Part shown: positions 56,606-64,000 of the stretch, piece after piece
Layout of the letters: each line of letters starts with the position of its first letter
Numbering within the stretch: position 1 is the first letter of the stretch
Assembly: GCF_009914755.1 (NCBI RefSeq)
Contig: NC_060927.1
Length of the DNA stretch: 64,000 nt
Direction: 5' to 3' (one strand)
Origin: the human T2T-CHM13v2.0 reference genome, Homo sapiens
The notes under the pieces: generated by a model
The model's database searches: none
What the model was told of the DNA's origin: nothing
What the model saw: the letters and a program-made list of their open reading frames with translations, nothing else
Program-made: the position numbers and the translations under genes

Positions 56606-59600
56606 TAGAATGGTTGCCACAAAGTATAATAGAATTGCAATGTGGCTGTTTTTTTTTTTTAAAGCTACTATTTATTGATCAATTGGTATGTGCTGGGCTG
56701 TGTGCTGAATAACATTAGGCAGCATCCTGCTTAGTCCCTGGTCTTGTTTTTACCCTCATTTTTTACCAGTGAGGAAGCGGAGGCACAGAGAGGTTGTTAC
56801 TTGCTCTGGATCACACAGCTTAGTCATGGCCTCAGCCCAGAATCTGGCTCTGGAATGGGCAGAAAAGTGAGGAAAGGAGAGAGATGCCTGCTGTGGAAAG
56901 GGCGGGGCAAGGGGTCCAGCCAGGCACTTGATTCCACAGCAAGCCTAGTGGGCAGGGAGTTGTTTAGGCCTCAGTTTTCCCCACCTGTAGAATGGATGTC
57001 ATCCAGGTCTCTTCTTGCCCCTGTTCTGGGACTCTAGGAGCTGCTTGCCCAACCCGCTGATCAGTTTGCTTAACCAAGAGGTTTGCTGAGAAACCTGGCC
57101 CAGAGATCCTTCTTAAAGGCCAGGTATGTGCTAGGCAGTTTGGGATGGGAGAAGCAGGCTAAATAGGAAACAGACAAGGACCTGGCCTCTTCCTAAAAGC
57201 ATGGCAGAAGCTCCTGAGTGGTTATGCCATTGACAATATGAGATTTAAATGATTGTTCTCCACCAGAAAGAGACATGTAGGACACTGGTTGTTAAATTGA
57301 GAAGTGCAGGGTCTGCAGGACGGCAGGGCAGGTGCAGAGAACTCTCGAGCCTCTGGGAAGGTTGCCCAGGAAAAATAGAGGCAAGGGCTTGACTTTCCCC
57401 AGAGCCTTGGACTGAGGTGGTAGATGCTGGGGGAGGCAGCATCTGCAACTCAACTCAAAGCCCAGCTGGCTGGTGCTCAGGGCACCGGGAGGGATGCAGA
57501 GCAAGATATAGGGGTCCCCATTTGCAAGCAGTGCAGAGACCTCTTTCTAAGCTTTGCTCAGTGCCGGAGGCCCAGGTGGCCAGGTGGGAACTCTGGCCTT
57601 GAGCCTCTCTCTCCTTTCCACCCGTGTGTGTAGCCTCAGCCAGGCTGCTCGCTTCCCTGCGTGAGCCTCAGCTTCCTTTATCTATAAACTACCAAAGTCC
57701 CTTCCACAATAGGAGTGTTGGAGAATAGGAAACTGTGTTCATAAACAGCTCAGCCCCCAGAATAAGTCCTCACAAATCTTAATATTAAACAGGGAGACAG
57801 CAAAGGGATATTGTGGCAAGCCATGGCATCGCTGGCACGGGGCTGCACCTGCCTGCGTGTGTGTCAAATCTGACCAGGTGATCTGCAGTTGGTTTCAGGC
57901 ACAGCTGGCTCTGGCTGTCACCTCTGGAACACAGAGACAAGGAGAATGTTTAGCTGGGCACAGGGAGAGGCTTCATCCCATAGCCTCTGTATCAGTCAAT
58001 TCTAATCACTTGTAGCTGTAATAACCAAAGAGGAAGCTCTTAAAATGGGGAATTATGTATCTCGGCTGCTGCAAAATAACCCTGGGCCCAGTGCCAAGGA
58101 AAACAGCCCTTGTCGGCGGGTGCAGGGACGCCTGTGGAGGAGGACTCGCTCCTGAGTACTCACTGCGCAGCGGGGTGACCACTTGTGTGTGTGTGTGGAA
58201 GCTGGGGTGACTGGCCTAATTGCAAGTTTGCAGAGGTGCACAGAGATACTCCGGGGACTCCCTGGAGGGTGTCCTCTGAGGTCAGACTGAGCCGCAGAGG
58301 GACAGTGGAGGCTAAGCTCCTAAGGGTTTGGATACATCACGGTCACTGTTACTCCCAGCGGAGTGACCTCAGGGCGTCTCTTGTCATCTCTGGGCCTTAT
58401 TGATCTCACCCTGGGGAGGATGAAGGCTTTATATACCCCAAGGCCAGGGGTGGACTGGATAGTAGTGATAGCGGTAGTAAGAGGAGATAGTCTCAAGTCA
58501 TAATGTAGTTGCTGTGCATGGAGTGTGTGCCACATCTTGTTCTAAGCACCTCCTGTGCACCCCCCCTCATTTAACCCTCACAACACTCCCACAGGGAAGG
58601 TACAGTTACCCCATTTTACAGATGAGGACACTGAAGACTAGTGGGGTTGAGTGACTTGCCTTAGGTCACCTGTTTGGGGAAGTGACTTTCAGCTTCTGGG
58701 TTGAGGCTTATATTCTGGTCCCTGTAGGGGCCAGGGTGCCTGGGGCAGCTGGCGGGGAGCCAGGGGGCTTTTTATACTGCGGCTCCAACAGCCAGTGGGG
58801 AAGGTTCAGAGGGGACTGAGCCTGAGCAGTAGGAGGGACTAAAGCAGTTCTGTGTGGCCCGTGTCCCAAGGAGAAGGGGAGAGGGAAGATGGGGCCAGAG
58901 GGTCGGCAGGGGCATGTGCTGGGACCTGGTGGGCAATGGTGAGGAGCCTGTGTTTTCTTCTAGGGGTGAGCAAAGGGTTGGGCGGGGGCATGAGGACCTG
59001 ATTCTGCTTTTTAATCTGCCTTCAGCTGCTGCATTGAGAATAGATCAGGGGCGGGCAGAGTAGCAGCAGGGAGACCTGTGAGGAGGCTGCCACAGATGCC
59101 AGTGCAAGGGCTGAGGGGCCTGTAGCTCGTGGTTGCCATGGCGATAGAGAGCTGTGGGTGGATGCCAGGAATGTACAGGCGGGTCTTGCTGGAATGGGCT
59201 TCTTCAGGGGCAGGGCTGCTGGCTGTGTGTTCTTCAAGGCAGGTGGACCTGTGACTGCAGCCCCCACAGGTGGAGAGGTGGGTGCACCTTAGAAATGAGG
59301 AGTTGGGAGACCCCCACCATGCCAGGCACGTGACAGGTCCCCACTCTGCCCTGTTGAAAACCCCCACCCCCATCCTGGCTCAGCCCCAGGTGGTGGGACG
59401 ATGGGGTCCTGAGTGTGGAAGGGGGTGGAGGCTTCATTTTGTAGGAAATCAGAGCCTAGAGCAAAGGGACTTGGGGAACCCCAGTTGCTCCTCCTCCATG
59501 TTTCTAGAGGGTTCTCGAATATTAGTGTGGCAAGTGGGTCTGTGTGCCCAGAGGGCAGAGCCGGGACTCTCAGGGTAGCCACAGTGAAGCAGACCCCACC

Positions 59601-62053
59601 TCCTAGCGGGGATGGACTTGGCCCATCCCAGCTGCCAATGAGGTCATGAGCTTCTGGGTGAGGAGGCTCCAGGGTCATTTCCTGAGAAACACCTTCACTC
59701 GGAGGGAGTTGAGTCTCACATCCTCCAATTATGCGCCCACCGAGCCAGCCCACAATGGGCTGCCCTGATAACCATCGGGGGGCTGTGCAAGTCAATGCTG
59801 GAACAATGCTGGCTGCTAGGACTATTTTTACAGTAGCCATTGGCCTGTCGAATCCCGCGCCCGGCCCCGAGGGAGCAGGGCAGAGAAAGGCGGCGCGGAT
59901 GCTCTGGCAGACAGAGGAAGGGCTCCATGAGCTGCCCAGAGGCTTCAGGAAGCCTTTCTTGGTCTGCTGGCCGCCAGATAGTGAAACAATTGGGGTCCCC
60001 CACCCCGAGCCAGGGAGAGGAAGGAGGTGTGGGGGAAACGGGGGTTTTGTTGTGCTTTTGTGCCTCTGTTCCTCGAGCACAGCCCCTGTGGGCCCAGCAG
60101 CTGGGGCCAAGCCAGCACATCCCCTCTCCACACCCCAAGTCCTCAGGCAGCTACTGCCTCACCCTGCCTGCAAGGCCCTGAGGCCAAGTGACTCGCCTGG
60201 TCACAGGATTGGCAAAGCCAGGGTTTGCAGTTGTCACCAGCTGCCTGTGGATGCCACTCTGGGATCCACCTAACCCAGCAGCTCTTGCCTGACACCCTAC
60301 TGTGTGCCAGGCATGGCGCCTGGCTCTGGGACACAGTTGTGAGCAAGGCAGGTGTGGTCCTTGTCCCCAGGAGCCTCTATTCTAGTTGAGGAGATAGACG
60401 ACAGGGAAGCGAGGAATTGAACAAGATACTTTCAGGTAGTGTTTGGTTCTCTGATGAGAAGACAAACTCAGATGCCCACTGGAGCCAGCCAAGCGAGTGT
60501 GTCCTGAGCTGGGTGGTGAGCTGGCCAGGGTGTGGTCGTGTGACAAGGGTCACGTGACAAGGTGGTCACATCTGCTCCAGTCAGCAATCGCCATGAGGAG
60601 TATGAGCTCACTGTGGTCCAACCTTCCAATTTTTCAAGAGAACTCAGAATTCTTGACTTTTCTCTGAAATCTGATTATTTCAGTGTTGGCCACCAGTTTG
60701 ATCATGAAGACAAACAAGTTGTGTCCCAGACTGCTTGGCTCTGAGTCGGCCACTTCTGCTGTCATCCTTTTTATTCTGCAGATGGGGAAACTGATGCTCA
60801 GAGAGGGGCGAGTAGGCCTAGTAGCTCTGGTTTTCCCAGCTCATCCGTTTTCTGTGTCCCTCTGTTATGTTGTGGGTCAGCCCTTGAAGGCAGGGGACCC
60901 AGCCTTGAGCTGTTTCCTCACGCTGTGGGCTAGAAATCAGGATGCTCTTGGTAACCCTTGTCAGTTCTCAGAGAGCCAGGGGTATCCACCTTCTGCACAG
61001 ACGGCCACACTGGGTGTGACTGTGGCCCTCAGGGTCGAGCTGACAGGGTGAGTGAGCACTTGGGGACCTTAGGAAGTACAGAAAGAAGAGGCTCTGGCCT
61101 GGCTGGTGGCAGACCTCCCTCTAGACTGGGAGCCAAGCATAAGTGGGCTGAGGGTAACCATGAACAGCTCCGGGGGCTTAGAGATTTGACCTTCTCTGGG
61201 GCCTCCCGTTGGCCAAACCCAACAGGGAGCCGGAGGGCAAGGGAACCTGGCTTATAGGATCTACAGGGTCAGCCCCTGGAATCACAGCAAGCCAGAGGAT
61301 GGTTAGAGAAGGGTGGACAAATGGGGATGAACAAGCACACTTGCATAATCCTCACCAGTGCAAATCCCTTATTTTTTTCTGCTAGAGATGTGACTGGTTA
61401 ATAAATTGCACATCTATTTCATAAACATCCATTCTCTATACTTGGATGGCAACCCATCTCAAATATTGTTTCCATTCCAGCCTGAAACCCCATTCCTCGT
61501 TCGTTTCCGTCTATCTGTTTTTTTAACTTACAGTTATAAATGGTCATCCCTGTGGGCTGGGCACTGTATTAAGGCATTTGCAAAAGAGGAGCCTCCATTT
61601 TTTTAAATACAAATCCAAATTTAGAAAATAGTATCTGTTAATTTCTAGAAACTGCTTGCAGGCTGTTATTTGGCAGATGCCTAGAACTGCCTGGGTGTGT
61701 TGTGTTTTGTGAAAGACGATGCTAGGGCTGGGGTGCAGGCTGAAGTGTGACACCCAGACGACAAACCTGGGGGCCTCTGGTGCTTCTCTTCAGCAGGTGC
61801 CCGGGGAATGGACCTGCCGATTCTGTGGGTTGCAAGTGTCCACAGCCTGAATCTTGAGGTCCCTGGTCCATGAAGGGGTCTGAATGACTCCTGATGTTGC
61901 TGTCAAAGCATTGGACAGACAGGGATGCCAGGCCCCTTGCCACAGGCCCGGGCAGGTGGGAGCCGGCTCGTGGATGAGGAAGCAGAGATTGTGTCTGAGA
62001 CATACAGGTGGTCCCTCATCAGCTGCAGGATGCTTCTCTTTTGTCCCCCATAG

Positions 62054-62064
62054 AAAGCAAGGAG
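62054..62064 (+). other. SLC6A6: 5'UTR part of exon 3, with tandem acceptor AGs
   Basis: Pyrimidine tract cttctcttttgtccccca followed by TAG|AAAG|CAAGGAG ATG. Confidence 0.9.
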
Positions 62065-62293
62065 ATGGCCACCAAGGAGAAGCTGCAGTGTCTGAAAGAT
62101 TTCCACAAGGACATCCTGAAGCCCTCACCAGGGAAGAGCCCAGGCACGCGGCCTGAGGACGAGGCTGAGGGAAAACCTCCGCAGAGGGAGAAGTGGTCTA
62201 GCAAGATCGACTTTGTGCTCTCTGTGGCTGGCGGCTTCGTGGGCTTGGGCAACGTCTGGCGCTTCCCGTACCTCTGCTACAAGAATGGTGGAG
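62065..62293 (+). CDS. SLC6A6: First coding exon of the taurine transporter TauT (codons 1-76 plus 1 nt; CDS continues beyond the window)
   Basis: Translates [76 protein letters not shown], the TauT N-terminus with the SLC6 signature WRFPYxCYxNGGG. Kozak GAGATGG; donor GAG|GTGAGC after 62293 (phase 1). Confidence 0.98.
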
Positions 62294-63487
62294 GTGAGCT
62301 TGGGCCGGGCCACAGGGGAGCCCATCCAGTACAAAGCCGCCTTAGAGCTGGAGGCTGGGACCAGAGCGTGGGTGGCCTCTCTTTCCCTGCTTTCCCTGGC
62401 CCCCCACCTTGACCTCCATGAGGTCAGCCTGCCATGCTCCTGCCAACCCCACCCTTAGAGACAGGGGATAAGCCCGACTGAGAATCAGAGTACTGTTCTG
62501 CAGGGCCTTTCTGTGTTACCTTGAGCAGGTCCCTCAGCCTCTCTGGTCCTCCAGTTTGCCACCTCCAAAGAGGCAGGACAAGGCCAGGCTTGTGTCTCCC
62601 AAGCCCCAGACATTCACACACCTCCTTATCTGTCCGCCATATCTACTTGCCTCTGACTCTTTATCTTTCCTTTAATATTCATGTTTGCTTTTCTAACTTT
62701 ACCAAATGTACTCCAGAAAGCAAATTCTGTTACCCGCTGTAGATGGAAAACTGGTATCATTTGTCATGCTCCAAAGGTATCCAGGAATAAAAAGTACAGT
62801 GAAGATATTTTTTAAATGTAGTGACTGCACTTGGTTGGGTTGATGAGTTGGTTGGTTTGGGTTTTTGGATTTTGGTTTGCTTTTGTTTTTGTGTTTTTGC
62901 CTGCTGAAGGCTCCGAGCAGGAACCCTCTGACAGGTCTTCTGTTACGGGGTTGTGTTGAGGTCAGGCAGCACCTAACGGTGGTTTCTTGCTGGTGCCATG
63001 ATGGGGTTGAAGAGAACCGGATAGGGAGGAACTGCTCACGGCTGGTGACTGCTTGTTGTCAAAGGCTTGTGTGTCAGCAGAGATGGGCATGCCTTGTGCT
63101 GCCCACATTAGTAGAACCACCTTTTGGGGAATTTTCCCTTAGAGCCTGGTTTCTTAACCTTTTGTAGGTCTCAGGCCCCTTTGGGACTGTGATGAGTGTC
63201 CTAGACGCTCCCCAGAACAAAGCACATACACTAGACCCAAGTTGCCCACAGTTTCAAAGGGTTTATGGACCCGCTGAAGCCATTAGTGGACACCAGGTAG
63301 GATCCCCTGCCCCGATGCTTTGCCCCCCCATTCTTCCCCTTGGTCCCGCCCCCACCGGAGATGCCTACCCTCTGCCCCTTACCACCTCACCCTTCCTAGC
63401 TGGTGCTTTTCTGCCTCCTGCCCTGGGCAGGCCTGGGGAGGGTAGGTGAAGGCCCCAACAAAGAGGCGACGTGTGAGTGGGTCTTAG

Positions 63488-64000
<513 letters not shown>

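Noticed and set aside
59289-60273. 280-aa and 180-aa overlapping ORFs near a small CpG cluster
   Set aside because: No recognisable domain, GC-rich intron, open frames on both strands; no evidence for a nested gene
62008-62412. 134-aa ORF as a complete protein
   Set aside because: Only 62065-62293 is TauT; the flanks are intronic read-through beyond clear splice sites

Overview
Human (primate) genomic DNA, recognised as the 5' part of SLC6A6 (TauT, the Na+/Cl--dependent taurine transporter; chr3p25 from memory) on the + strand. The window holds about 21 kb of repeat-rich upstream DNA, a CpG-island promoter (GC boxes, a TonE/NFAT5 element, a TATA box), non-coding exon 1 (ends 21339), a 42-nt exon 2 (34897-34938) and the first coding exon (62054-62293, ATG at 62065). 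The rest of the gene lies beyond the window. The remainder is Alu, MIR, L1, L2, MLT1 and MER5 repeats, a 5S rRNA pseudogene and simple repeats. Nearly all ORFs in the supplied track are spurious. I see no new gene family or prokaryote-style system. The most interesting structure is a possible promoter/splicing switch: a strong-Kozak ATG upstream of the TATA box reads through exons 1-2. A 4-nt tandem acceptor choice at exon 3 then makes it either a 101-aa in-frame N-terminal extension of TauT or an out-of-frame uORF overlapping the main start. Also notable are an Alu-5S-Alu-Alu-Alu composite inside one 15-bp TSD and several intronic motif clusters. Repeat boundaries and subfamilies are by eye and approximate.
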